Part shown: one piece after another, positions 11,541 through 24,384 of the stretch
Numbering within the stretch: position 1 is the stretch's first letter
Layout of the letters: each line of letters opens with the position of its first letter
Source of the DNA: Thalia democratica
Taxonomy: Eukaryota
Assembly (NCBI GenBank): GCA_965202585.1
Contig: OZ241832.1
Coordinates: 38,936,001 to 39,000,000 of the forward strand
Direction: 5' to 3'
DNA: 64,000 nucleotides
The notes under the pieces: model-generated
Told to the model about the DNA's origin: nothing
Seen by the model: the letters and a program-made list of their open reading frames with translations, nothing else
The model's database searches: none
Program-made: the position numbers and the translations under genes

Positions 11541-12842
11541 TTGAAATTAGTTTGTTTTGGTACAATTTATTTTGTGTAGTACACTAATCATGAAAGTAAA
11601 GAATAGATTTACTTTGACTATCATAAATTATGTTTCACAGTTTACACGAAGTTTCTTTAATTTTATTTTCTAAAAAATATTTGCAGGAATAATTTTAAAT
11701 AACTCCATTTAGTATTTAGTGTATAGTCCACACAGACTACATATTGTTTTCTTGCCATGTGTTTCTTTTAACAGAACAAAAAGTATTTACTTTTTAAGCC
11801 ATGATGTAAATTTGTTATTTTTTGTGCAATTTTTTTTTAAATAATTACTTTCTGTTAAACTTTATCAATAAATTTTTATACACTGATGTAAAAAAAAAAA
11901 GTTAAATAAATATTTTTTTTTGTTTTCATGTTTTTAAAATACAGCTAATATATTATTTATTAATTTTGTAGAAACACTTTTTTAATAAGCTGCTTTTTCT
12001 TTTGTTTTTGAATGGAACTGGTACTAACAAAAGTCTTCTTGTTTTAGAACATATAGTTTTGCTTAATAACCTTTTATATAAATGTTTCTATTTATAAACT
12101 TCCTCATAGTTTTATTTGTAGTAATTTAAGATTTCTAAATAAGTTAAAACTAAGCTTTTTTATATAATTTAATTTTAAAACACATTTGATATCGTTTAAT
12201 TTTATATGGTACATAATTAGTTATAAAGTTTTTTAATATATTTATGATGCTATATTTAGTTTTTATAGATAGAGCTTTCTAAATTGAATGTATAGTTATT
12301 ATCTATTTTAAGTTTTTTTCTGTTTAATAACAATTTGTATTCTTTGATTTTAAAATATAAATAACTAGTTGTTTAAACCTGAAGTTTTATTAATAAAATC
12401 TTACTAACATGTTTTAGTACTTACTCTTGATCCATTGTTGCTATTGTTTTTATACATGAAGTTTTAAATTGTGTTTTATATATTGTGCTAGTTAACTAAG
12501 AGATTATATTTTTTTTCTTCAATAATTTTATCTATTTTTTGGAAATCAAAGTTGAGATATAAATGAACATAGTAATACATATTATTGTAAAATCTAATTA
12601 GATTGACACTTGAATTTTTTAAATGATTTTTCTAAAATAAATCTGTATAACTTAAGCTACAAATTTTACTGATGTATTATGTAAGTCGAATTTTCTAGTA
12701 AGTACTTCGAAAAAGTAGGGAAATATCCAATTTTATCAATAACGAAAAGTTTTTTTAGCAGTTTTTTTGCTTAAATTGTAGATTAAGTTTTACAACTCTT
12801 GATATTTATCAAAATTACAAAAGTATACATTATTTGTAAACT

Positions 12843-13079
12843 AAAGGGCTGATCATACCAATTCGATCATCAGACCACAAGATTCGGTAGACTGAGACCG
12901 ACGTCACTGACCAATGCCAGCAAGCGGTTGCTTCATGCGAAAGCATGATAAATCGTTTGTAGATTGAAGACTGCAAGTTTTTCGGTTGTGACTGACTGAT
13001 GAGTCCTAATGAGGACGAAACCGGTCTCAGTCTACCGAAGCTTGTGGTCTGATGATCGAATTGGTATGATCAATCCTTT
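12843..13079 (+). mobile_element. 237-bp fold-back element carrying a hammerhead ribozyme; probable truncated Penelope-like retroelement pLTR with an inverted terminal segment
   Basis: Arms 12843-12900 and 13022-13079 are inverted repeats identical at 55/58 positions. Flanked by direct repeat TGTAAACT (12835-12842, 13080-13087). Much more GC-rich than the flanks. Confidence 0.75.
12990..13032 (+). ncRNA. Type I hammerhead ribozyme (minimal form, palindromic stem III); predicted cleavage after C13026
   Basis: Stem I GACTGA(12990-95)/TCAGTC(13027-32); core CTGATGA(12996-13002); stem II GTCCT-aatg-AGGAC; GAAA(13017-20); stem III/loop within the palindrome ACCGGT; GTC cleavage triplet 13024-26. 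All invariant core nucleotides are present. Confidence 0.92.
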
Positions 13080-13701
13080 TGTAAACTTAAGCTTGTTTCT
13101 TGGCATACGAGGATTCTGCTCTACAGACTTTCGCCGATGTTTTTGTTGATTGTTTGTAAACTGTTTATATTAGCTTTTGATTTTCCCTGGGTAATCTCAT
13201 ATTTACTTTTATAACTGTTAAGTTGTTTTAATTTTTGTTTCATAGTTGAATAATTAGGTTTATTGTTACCCTTTTTGAAATTGAATATGATGCAGTATAA
13301 ACTTAATAGTAAGTTTAAATAGCGTCAAAAATGTATTTCAACGTGAAGTACTTTAAAACTTTTTTTACAGTTGAAAAGCAACAACTAAAATCTTAATTTG
13401 TGTTTTTTAAAAGCTTGATTTACAGTTTTCTATATGAATATCTTACACTTATGATCTATTTAAGTATTTTTAAACTAATATTACAAAAAGAACATTTAAA
13501 AGTACAATTTAAACGTATGTGTAACTTTCTGCCTAAATAGCATATATGTTTTGTATACTGATTTACCTGCTGAAGTACTTGAAAATTGTTTTTAATAATA
13601 ATTTAAACTTCAAAAAATTTGTGTAGTTTTTTTTTTCTTATATTACTGTGAACTGTTTTTTTGCATGTAGATATAAATTTTTTAATAGAAAACAAACTTA
13701 A

Positions 13702-16700
13702 ATGTCGAAGATGGAACATGAAGACGTTGTGAGTTGATTTTTTTCAAAATATAAAAGTTATAAGAGTATCACTTACTTTTACACTTTTCTTTTACAGTAT
13801 GTGATCATATATAAGCATTTTTTCTTTGCATACCAAGTCTTTATATTACAAAATTAGAAATCATCTGTGGAAATAAATGTTTTTTATAAAAACAAAACTA
13901 AAATGTATTTTATTTTGTTACTTACTTTTGTTATTTACCTCATTAATAAATTTCTAAAATAGAAACCGCTGTCAAAAGACGAATGTAAAGAAAAATTAGC
14001 AGAAATTGACTTTATTATGGAGCCAAACGTGTTTAATGTTTTGAAGAGGTGAGTGAGTATTAATTATAATTCAGTTAATTTTCAGTTTGTAGTCTGAAAA
14101 GCCGTTTCTAAAACTTTTTCATAATATATTAAGGCCATATAAGGGGGAGGCGGTTTAACTGCAAACTTTCATATTTAAAATAATTTGCTTATTTTTAAAC
14201 TTACAATAGAGATAGATTTAAGTATAATTCTAACTACTTTAATAAAGTCATTTGAAAAAGACGTTTTACATGCTTCATATGCACTGCAATACAATTTTTT
14301 TAAAAGATCATCATATTCAACTAAAAATAATTATTAATATTGTAATTAAACAATACTTTTAAGTTAATAAATTTTTGTAATTTTAAAACTTGTACCTTAT
14401 AGTCTAGGTATCTTTTAAAAAAGTTTTATAATTTTCCTAAAAAACTGCAGCTGTTTATTACTTGTGCCATAAAAGTTACAATAACATCATTTGGTTAAAA
14501 TCGATAATTTCAATTTTTTTAATATTTTATATTTAAGTAGTAAAAAAATTTTTCAAAGAATTTTAAACATAACTTATTAATTGTTTTTTAAATTTACACA
14601 AAAATTGTAAGTTTATTTATTGTAGATTTTTCCAATGCGGTGGAACTCCGAAAGAGACAGTCAGTCTGTTATCCACCAACTATGAAGCAGTGGCTCAGAC
14701 CGTCAATTTACTTGCTGAATGGCTAATTATGTTAGGTTAATTAGAAGTTATTCATTATTTACTTTTTAAAAATGTTACATGTCTAAAACTGTACCTCTTA
14801 GTTTTTATAGGTAGATGTTTGTCGTTTATACTTATACCTTACCTAGCCTTTAAAATTTAGATTTGAAAAACAAAGTATGTTTTAAAATGTTTTAGATGAA
14901 CTTATTTTTATTTGTAAATTAAGTATATCATAACTTCATCATTTTATAAACGTTTTTGACCTCATCACAGTTTTACTTTCACGAGTTTAGATAAAAGTTT
15001 TTCAAAATAGACTACAATGTTGATATGAAGTGTTTATAGTTGCAATATACCCTGCAAGTTTTTTTGAAACTACTTTGGTAGTATTTGTTAATGTCATCTA
15101 ATAGAATGATATTATGTTTAAAAATCTTTAGTATGTTTTTTTTTGTATTAACCTAAACCTATATCATATCAGCTACTGTATAGTATACCTAACTGATAAT
15201 ATACAGAAAAATTATCAGAAAGTATTAAAATGCAGAGTTTTAGATTTAGAAACAACTACAATATAATCTGTTTAAAGTACTTACAACTAAAATTACTTTG
15301 ACGTACATATCTTTAAAAACTGATTTCTTAAAATTGATGTGTATATTTACTTTGTGTATGTTTGGTTTATTAATTTTACTCAGCCTAAAACATATTCTTC
15401 TTTTAGGTATGCAACCAAATGAGGTAAAAGAAATTGTACAAAATCATTTGAAAGAATTGCTTGTTAAGCATTTTGATCCAGAAAGAGCTGATAATATATT
15501 TCAACGTGCCGGGCAGGTAGTTCTTATAAATAATTTAACTATTTTAGAGTTTTAATAAAAACCGTTTTATTTATGTTTGTACTTGAAACGTGTATAAGGT
15601 CTAAATAACTTAACGTAAGCTGAAAGTTTTTATATGAAATAATTTATTCAATTAGATCTATAAAAGATCTTATTGAATTGTATTTTGTGTGTAAAAAGTT
15701 TAACTTTAAAAAAAAAAGAACCACAAAAAGTTTTGTTCGTTTCAGCACCCTTCGTGGCTACTTGATTTAATCGGCCATAAAAAATGGAGGCAATTATTTT
15801 ACAAATTAGCTGAAGAGTACCCTGAGTGTCTGATGGTGAAATACACTATTAAGGTAAAAGTAGCCAGTGTAATATGTGTAACTTTATTATAACTTAAAGT
15901 TTTATACAAAAAAAACATCATAAAAATAGTTAAATTAAATACTACAATTACTATGCCAAATCTACTTATTAAAAAAGCTTATGTTTTTAAATACCATTTT
16001 TATAAACTTTTACTTTAATTTTTTTATAATTAAATTACTGAATTAAAATTTGTTGTTATAGTTGGTTTAAGTAAAAGCTTCATAGTTATTTCTCATTTTA
16101 TTGGAGCAATACAAACAGGGTTGCCGCTTGGTCAGGAAAAGTCAGGAAAAATTTTAAAAAATGACAAAAATCAGGAAAAGTCAGGAAAAAATGGGGGGTT
16201 TTGAAAAAAAGTCAGGAAAAGTCAGGAAATTTGATAACATTTTAAAAAAAGTCAGATTTGTCAGTTTAAATTTACAAAATTTCTTGTTTTCCAAACCCTT
16301 CAAATGGTAAAAATTAATTTAAAGTCCTTTAAATTCAAAAAAAAAATTGCAAATTATTTCTATAAATTTACAAAAATATTTAATTGTAATTCCAATGCCT
16401 TCATCTGGTATGAATTAGTAAAATATCCTTTACAGAACTGCAAAATGTTTCTATTAACATACTGAACAAGTACCCTACTTGAACAAGCAGATTTTGTAAG
16501 CTTTTTAGTATTGATGATCTGTAGCAAGGACACTTCCATAGTGAAACTGTGATATATACACAAAAGTTTATCTAGAATAATTTTAGAATCAAAGTGTTTT
16601 TTGTTTAAGTAATAATTGAGTTCTTTATAACTAAGCAGTTAGTTTAGTATTTTATGTAACAAGTTAATGTGTATACTTTACCTCTTTATAATTTTTTCAG

Positions 16701-19700
16701 AGTTGTTTAAATTTATAAAATAAGTTATAAGAGAGGTATATGCCAAGATTAAGTTTACTTATTATTTGTATTTTTTGTAGAGTAACTTAAGTTTTTAAAG
16801 TAAATAAGAGTATATTTATTTGTTACAAATTACATACTAAATGATAAGAGGAAATATTTTAAAAATGAAAGTAAAAATAAATGAGTGCCAAAAGAAAAGA
16901 AATGAAGCCCACAAGTTGTGGCTTGATTTAGAGAAAAGATTCTCTTCAAAAAGTTTAGGGGCAGCAGATGAGAGCTATTTAAATAAAATGAGGCAAATGA
17001 TTTTAACTGAAAATAAAATGAAGCGGAATGCAGTTCAGATGAAGGAAACCATTTAATTTATATAGATGAAGAGATTGAAGTGCTAATAAAAAAACGGAGA
17101 AAATAAACTTTAGTACATCATTTAAAAAAACAGTGTTTGATTAAGTTCTTTATTGTTTTAATGTTTTAACTGTAAAAGTTCGTTATTGAATTAAGGTTTG
17201 AGTTGTGAAAGTTCCTTATTGATTTAAGGTTTTAATAGTAAAAGTTCCTTATACGTCGTTTTGTTTATCTAGATACATTTATGCTAGGAACTTCTAAAAA
17301 AATTGTGTTCTTTATTGTTTTAAGGTTTCAACTGTAAAAATTTGTTATTGTTTTAAGATTTTAGTTGTGAAAGTTCGTTATTTATTCAAGGTTTTAGTTG
17401 TAAAAGTTCTTTATATGTCGTTTGTTTATCTAGATACATTTATGCTAGGAAATGCTAAAAAATTGTGTCTTTTTTCAGACAAGCTTTGTTTATAAGGTAA
17501 TAATACAAGTATTTTGCTGATAGAGCTGTTTATTACAAACATCAATCATACACAGATAGTTTAAGTGATGTACTGGAAGTTTGATGATGGAATTCAGCAA
17601 AAAACTGTTGTTTTAACCCTGTATTAAAATTAGATTGAAAGCTTTATATAGTTTCAAGTGTTAGAATATGTATTTTAGAACAAGAGTCTGATTTAAAAAA
17701 GTCATGAAAATTTTAGTAAAAAGTCAGGAAAAATCAGGAAATTTTTCTCAGCTTGATCAGTGGCAACCATGTACAAAGAGAAAGCTTAAAATAAACAAAT
17801 TATAAATTAAGAACTTTTTTTGAAAAATTTAACTTCAAAAATAATTTTCTAAATCAAAAAACTGTTTATAATTAGTTTTACGAATACAAAACTTCTTTCA
17901 TACATTTAATATACCGTAGTTGAATTTAAAAAAATTATATTTCTGAAAAAAAGAATTTAATGACATAGTTATATTTACTTAGTAGTTTTTACAACAAGAT
18001 TTTTTTTCAAACAGCTCATCTCAGACGCAGGACACCAAGCAGAAATCACAAATGTCCTGACCGCGTGTGCCCAGCTGGAAGTGTTCAGCAAAGTGTTGAG
18101 AACTGGATTGGAAAATGTACTGCAGACTAATGATGAAGAAGAGCTCATCAAGAGCTTACCAGAACTTGCTGTCAGTTTGTTGTGTTCGTTGAAAATTTGA
18201 TTGATGCGACTGTGTTTTTGCTGTCAGCAATGTTATGTATGGTGTAATTTATCTTGAATGTGGATCTCAATTTGTTTTTATATAAGTTTAAGAAAGTTTA
18301 TTACACTTTTAATTTTTTTGTTTTTTTAGGATTTAAAACATCATTTTTGAAATTTTTGTAAAAAATAAAACTTGATTCAAATTCAGTTGTAAACAAGAAT
18401 AAAACAAAAACTAGTTTTTTAGAAAATTTGTTGTTGAGTTGTTTTTTTTTAGATTCGATTATTATTTTTTATATTAATTTTCTAATATTTTGAAATTTAC
18501 AGAGGATGGTATGCCATGCTGAACACACATATTTATACTCACAAGTAGTTATGTCGATCCTTTCCAATAAAAATCAATACGCCTGGTCAAAACTTCGCAG
18601 GATTTCACAAGAAATACATAAATATGCCAATAACAAGTATGTAATTTAGTAAAATATAACAATTTCTTTACTAATTTGAAATATTACCAAACTAGCAGAT
18701 TTATTTAAATTTTTGAAGTATAAGTTCCTTAAATTCCTTTTTGGTGTAAAAAACAAGTTGTATTATAAATTTTTTAGGTTGTTTAATTTTTTTGTACAAC
18801 TATATTTTTCCCATTAGAAAACCCTATTTAACTGTTAATAGTTCTGAAATCAATACTAACCGAGTAACAAATTAGCTTCTGTCTAGTGGTTTTCATTCAA
18901 AAGTGCATTAAGTTAGACAAATGTACAACTAAAACTGTTTTAAAAGAGATTATGTTAATCTCTCAATTGTATGCATTAGAGTGAAAACAAAACTATTTTA
19001 AAGATATATCGACCAACGCCTATAAAAAAATGTATTAAAAAAAATAAATTTCTGTAAAAAAATATCACATAAAGTATTCTCATTAATTTATTCTTTCAAG
19101 ACTTTATTTTACAAACTAAGTTTTGGTCAAAGACCTCGTCAGTGCTTAAATAAAAAATCTTATTCAAATAGATTCAAATGAAAGAATAAATTCATTAATT
19201 CTCCTTTAGTAGTTGAGATCTCTTTGTTTGATTTTTAAAATCAAAACATATAATAAAATGTTTTAAACTAATTAGTTTTAAAAAGTTTGACATAAAGTAT
19301 GTTAGAAAAACGAGTTATATTTAATTCAATAGTTTCTTTGTTTTGTGTGAATTTTGTTTATTGTTTTAAAACTATAGACATTAAATGCTTTTATTTTATA
19401 ACTTAAACATAAAATTTATTAAAGTAATGTTTATTTTAAGTAGAAACAACTCTATTTTTTATTAAGTTTTTTACATGAAATATAGGAAAAAAATATTATT
19501 GTTGGAATGTATGTTTATTGTATTTTGTATGAAATGTATAGTTTTATTTATGAAATGATCGTTTACTTTTACTGTCTGACTAGTTTGTAAAAAAAAAAAT
19601 AAAAGTATCTTCAGACTAAAATAGTTGAACAAAAAAATAAAAATATTTCTAGTCTTTTTCTGTTCTAGAATCATTAAAATAAAACGAAATAAGTTGATTA

Positions 19701-22700
19701 AATTAAAAGTTATTGACTAAAACCTATTTTTAAACTAAACTTAGAACTGTCATGAATTATATACATTTTTGTTTACAACATTTAAATGGCAGTCTTATTT
19801 TTTTGAAGCATTTTAGTTACGATACATTTATACAGAGAAAATGACGTTACGCATATAGTGCTAAGTCTGACGTCACAATGTAACAATTACCCACGAGCAA
19901 AGCAATCGATAATGTCAATGCTGCATCGCGGGCAGTTAAATCCTGGCGACGTTACTGTCTTGCACCAAATATACTCCAATGATGACCCACCCCCTGTACA
20001 ACTGCTACATGTTTGTTTTATTGTTATTGTTTTCTAATAAAATATTTTTAGGAACTCATAGCTATTCACCTTTGTGCTGTGACTCAGTTGCATTTCTATA
20101 TAACAGGGTTGCCAAAGTGTCGATATCACTTCTTTGGGGGCGACTTTGGCTATCGGTAGCCATGACTAGTAAGGAGGTAAAAAAGTTAATGGGTTATTAA
20201 CTACCAACAAGGGAGCGATTATTTTTTTGAATTTCTTTCAAGTTAGCGATTATAAAAATGAGTTTGGGAAACTTTGATATAAGATGAATAATTTGATATT
20301 AATTACACAAAAACTACCCAAATGCAAAACAACTTATTGACTTTTTTTTTTCTTATATTGCTTCAATTCTTTTATATTACTCTTTAAATGCATAGCCATA
20401 TATTGCAAAAAAATATTTTAAATTACCACCTGAATTATAAGTGTTATTATACATACTCATTTAATTACTTTGCCTTAAATATTTTAGTTCTGCATGTTTA
20501 TTTTTTCTTGTTGAATATTGATCTTTTACAATAAACTTATTACTTAAGCTAGCAGACTATTAATTGAAAAAAAAAAAAGTGAACTTTGTTTATAACATCG
20601 AATCCATATAAAATATTTATTTAGTGTAAGTAATAGCAATTACTATTTTTAATACATTTATTATTTATAAATGTTTGTGACTTTTTTTGAGCTTCTGAAA
20701 TAGTTTTCAAAGGTTGGAAAATATTATTTCATTTTGTTTTTAACAGCTGCCTATGTTTTTGGACATGTTCATTGAAGCCTTGTTCACTTCGAAAGGTGGA
20801 ACAAAGATTAACAACGATTTTGTTCACAAATACGTCTTCGTACTAGCATACGCTGCAAGCGTCATTGAACATTATGACGACACTGTAAGTTTGACTAATT
20901 GTTCCTCGATAAACTTACTGTTACTGAAAAATGTTTGACCAATAAAGATTTTTGATAGATTCTTATACGTATTATAAGTTATTTGTATTAGATTAAGTAA
21001 CAGTTTTATGAAGTCACCAAAATGTTTTACAGGGTGAAAGAGTTGAAATCAACACAGATGAACTGCAATCGACTATAGAAGCTATTGAACATGTTCAACA
21101 AATAGCTGCTGGTGTAAAGGAAACTGAACTATTGGCAGAAATTAAGGACATTTACACGTATATACAGTACGTTTTGATTTTTTATTAAGTTGAAATAAAC
21201 AAAACAACAAAACTACTTTGAAGAGTTGTAAAATTTTCTTGAAGTTTAGGCTGAAAATATGAAAAGAATTGCACTTAACGTTATAAAAGCGCCCGTCTGT
21301 TATTAAAGATTCATGACAATTTTCAAGCCGTTGTCGTTATTTTTTAAGCGTTTCTATGCAGTTAAAATAGGTAGCGTTTTCTTTATGGCTTTAAATAACT
21401 AAACAAGTATTTTTTAAATGTAAAATTTGCTTTTAAAATTTTGAACTGTCATCTTTAAATTAAAATATACATTTTAAAAAGATTTAATATTAATTTTATT
21501 TAAATAATTTTATTATTAATAAAGTTCTCTTAAACTAAATGTTTTGTTTTATATTATCAATTCCCTCTATACCGGCTATTTAGTATCTAAGATGTTCGTT
21601 AAATTTTTAACATTTGCCACTTAGTACCTTATATGGATTTTAATCACAATTTTATTTTAATGATTCATTAGTTTAAAGCCAAAAATGTTATTCATAAAAA
21701 AACTATTCGGGACATCATTGCTTATTTTTAACTTCTGGTATTTAATAGCTGTGTTTTACTATACTAAAGCGTTTAAGACTTTAGTTAATATTTTAACAAT
21801 GATAGTCGACTTGATTTATTTACAAAGTTTCAACAGAAAGCCTATGACATTTCCTACGTAAACAAAAGTATTTGTATCTACATATCTTATCATACGCAAA
21901 AAACAAAGTTATTTGTTTTTGTAATATATTCACGCTAATTTTTTAGCTCGTCATTTGAGCCGAAATAATATTGTCTAGATTCCAGAAAAAAAATATAGTT
22001 TAATTTCACATATCATCTTGTTTTTTAAATACTGAATCTAAACAATGAAAATTAACGTGTTGTTTTACAATAATTGTTTAAAATGTTAAAGTACAAACCT
22101 AGTAAAGATAATTTCAAAATAAAATTTTGGTCATCATAAAAAAACATATACATCAGATACCCAGTAGTTGGAATGGGTGTGTTGAAGTGGGTAGAATTTA
22201 CAGTTTCTGACCTTTCATATTTTGAAAGACAAATGGAAAATCTTCACTTAATGCTTCTTGATGAGGTTATTTAACTTTTATTATAAAAAGATGTTTCGGT
22301 TGTTTAATAAGTTTGAAAAAAAAAAATCTGCTTAATAAATAATTGAGTATAGTTTGTTTGTGGATTTAAATAGAACATGTAAAACTTTTGCTATAGATAA
22401 GTTTTAGTATAGTTTTTTAAATATTTTAATTTAAACAAACAATATCATATTATCTATATATTGATTAAAAGTGTTATTTTATGAAATAAGTTTCTTATAT
22501 TTTTTATTAGGGTAATATCATTTTATTAGCGTAGCTTTTAAAGTAGTCTAATTGTTTTTAATGTTATACAAATACTGAAAACCAAATAAATTATTTTATT
22601 CACTTCTTTTTGTACACTATACATAGAGAAATCTAACTTGTAACTTTTTAGGTAATTGCATGCCATACGTTGCTACATGGAGATGCTTTAAAGATCCTTA

Positions 22701-23537
22701 TAAATCTGTTTGACCAAACATTCACCCAGCTTGACACACTTGTACAGATGGAAATGAAAAAGACCGTGCTTGATAGAATGGTTAGTTTAACTTTTTTGAA
22801 ACTTCAAAGTCGGCACGTGAATGCTGAAACTCTTGTTTAACAGGTGCATCTGATGACATACGGGTGTGTGATTCCAGTGGTTACTTACATTCGTGATTGC
22901 ATGGAGTCTACAGACGCTTCTTTAATACGTTATTTTGTAGTTGAGGTTAGGTACTTTTATCAAAAAAGTTAAGTTGTAAATATAATAATTTTCAGTTACT
23001 AATTTTCATTTAATTTATACTTAAATTTCTTTTTACTCATAAAATATTTATGAAATTATGTAAGACTTATTAACTTTTAAGACAAAACGATTAATTTGCG
23101 CACATTTTTAATAATATGGTAATTTCTAACAAAATTTAAGTAAGGTTATGGATGAAATTTTAAATTCCTTTTCAAGAGTACAAAAAATGTAAATAGTAAA
23201 AGTAATTAATTTAATTTTTCTAGTATATTTTTAAGGTTTGCGTATATATAAAATTTACAAAAGCTCATATCAAACAGGTTCTGGACATTATAGAACCTCC
23301 ATACACAGAAGAGTTTGGAAAAGCATTTTTACCAATCTTGCAAAATGACAGCATAACAGCTTCAATCAAATCAATTAAAAGCGAAGATGAAAGCGATCCA
23401 GTCTCCGATTTTATTCGTGAGTTTCACTTATTGTTGTTTAGCTGGATATTTAGCTTTATGAATAATTAATTTGATATGTATTTTTAGAAAAAATACATGC
23501 AATCTCAAAGCGAACTTTTTATAATTCCATAATTTGA
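13702..23537 (+). CDS. NELFCD: Negative elongation factor C/D (TH1-like). Exons 13702-13728, 13963-14048, 14626-14735, 15407-15516, 15746-15853, 18015-18170, 18503-18636, 19836-20010, 20747-20884, 21033-21166, 22157-22265, 22652-22780, 22844-22945, 23278-23416, 23488-23537 (last exon tentative)
   Basis: Hand-spliced GT-AG exons with consistent phases give [96 protein letters not shown] and IEPPYTEEF, collinear with human NELF-C/D as recalled. Confidence 0.95.
16117..17771 (+). mobile_element. Decayed hAT-like element in NELFCD intron 5, 6-bp TSD TACAAA
   Basis: TIRs CAGGGTTGCCGCT / CATGGTTGCCACT(rc). TACAAA at 16111-16116 and 17772-17777. GTCAGGAAAA subterminal repeats at both ends. Residual ORF 16841-17056. 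Confidence 0.85.
17145..17469. repeat. ~161-bp tandem duplication built from ~32-bp subrepeats, inside the intronic transposon
   Basis: TCTAGATACATTTATGCTAGGA at 17268 and 17429; repeated AAAGTTC(G/C)TTATT subunits. Confidence 0.8.
20104..20276. mobile_element. 173-bp MITE of the CAGGGTT family in NELFCD intron 8, 6-bp TSD ATATAA
   Basis: Left CAGGGTTGCCAAA; degenerate right end TTTGGGAAACTTTG; ATATAA at 20098-20103 and 20277-20282. Confidence 0.6.
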
Positions 23538-24384
23538 TTTGATTTTGTCGGAATAATATCGTGAAACATTTTACTGAATATACCACATTTTACTTTAACC
23601 TGTATTGTTTATTATGAGTTTAAAACTAGTGTAAAATAGAATAAGTAATTATAAAATTGATGCACTTAACTTAATAAGAATATATTCAAAAAATACTATG
23701 TTTTAAAATTGCTTTTGGTTTTTAGTGAGAATTAAAAAAATATTTTTCCCAGCTAAGCATTATTTACTCTTTTAAGAGTTTTTTTGTTCTATTAACGTAA
23801 TGAAGAACTGCTATTTATCAAAAACAAAACATGTGTAAGTATATAAATCTTTTGTTAAAATGTATTAAATTGTTTTTAAATTATAGTATGCTTCATATAA
23901 TTGTAGCTATTACTTATGCGTTGGAAAACATTAAACAGATAGTAGTTCATATAATGAAACTTTATTCAAAATTTATAATAAGCTGAGGTTGTAATTATTT
24001 TACAAATTCGTGTATGTAAAAATTGAACAAATCTTATTATTTTACCCCCCAAAATAACAATTGATTTTTTTATGCGTTTGATAGTAAAGTTAAATATGTT
24101 TATTTATAAAATAAAGGAAATAAATTATTTATAGGGTTTCTAGTTTATAAATTAACACTGTGTAAAATATACCACGGAAAATGTTAGCTTATAGTTATTA
24201 CATTTGATTACGTTATCTTCATTAAAAAACACAGTTTTTTTTTTATTGTGAAGCAATGAAAATTTATTTAGGCACTTTTTTAAATAAAAATAACAGTATG
24301 CTATAAGGCAGTTTGATTTTTCAGGGTATTGCAGAAACCAAAAGTGGATGTGATGGGCAGCTTGGCAGGCAATTATAAATTGCA

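Noticed and set aside
13046-13075. Second CTGATGA (second hammerhead or C/D snoRNA box C)
   Set aside because: There is no downstream stem II-GAAA and no properly placed box D with a terminal stem; it is part of the inverted arm.
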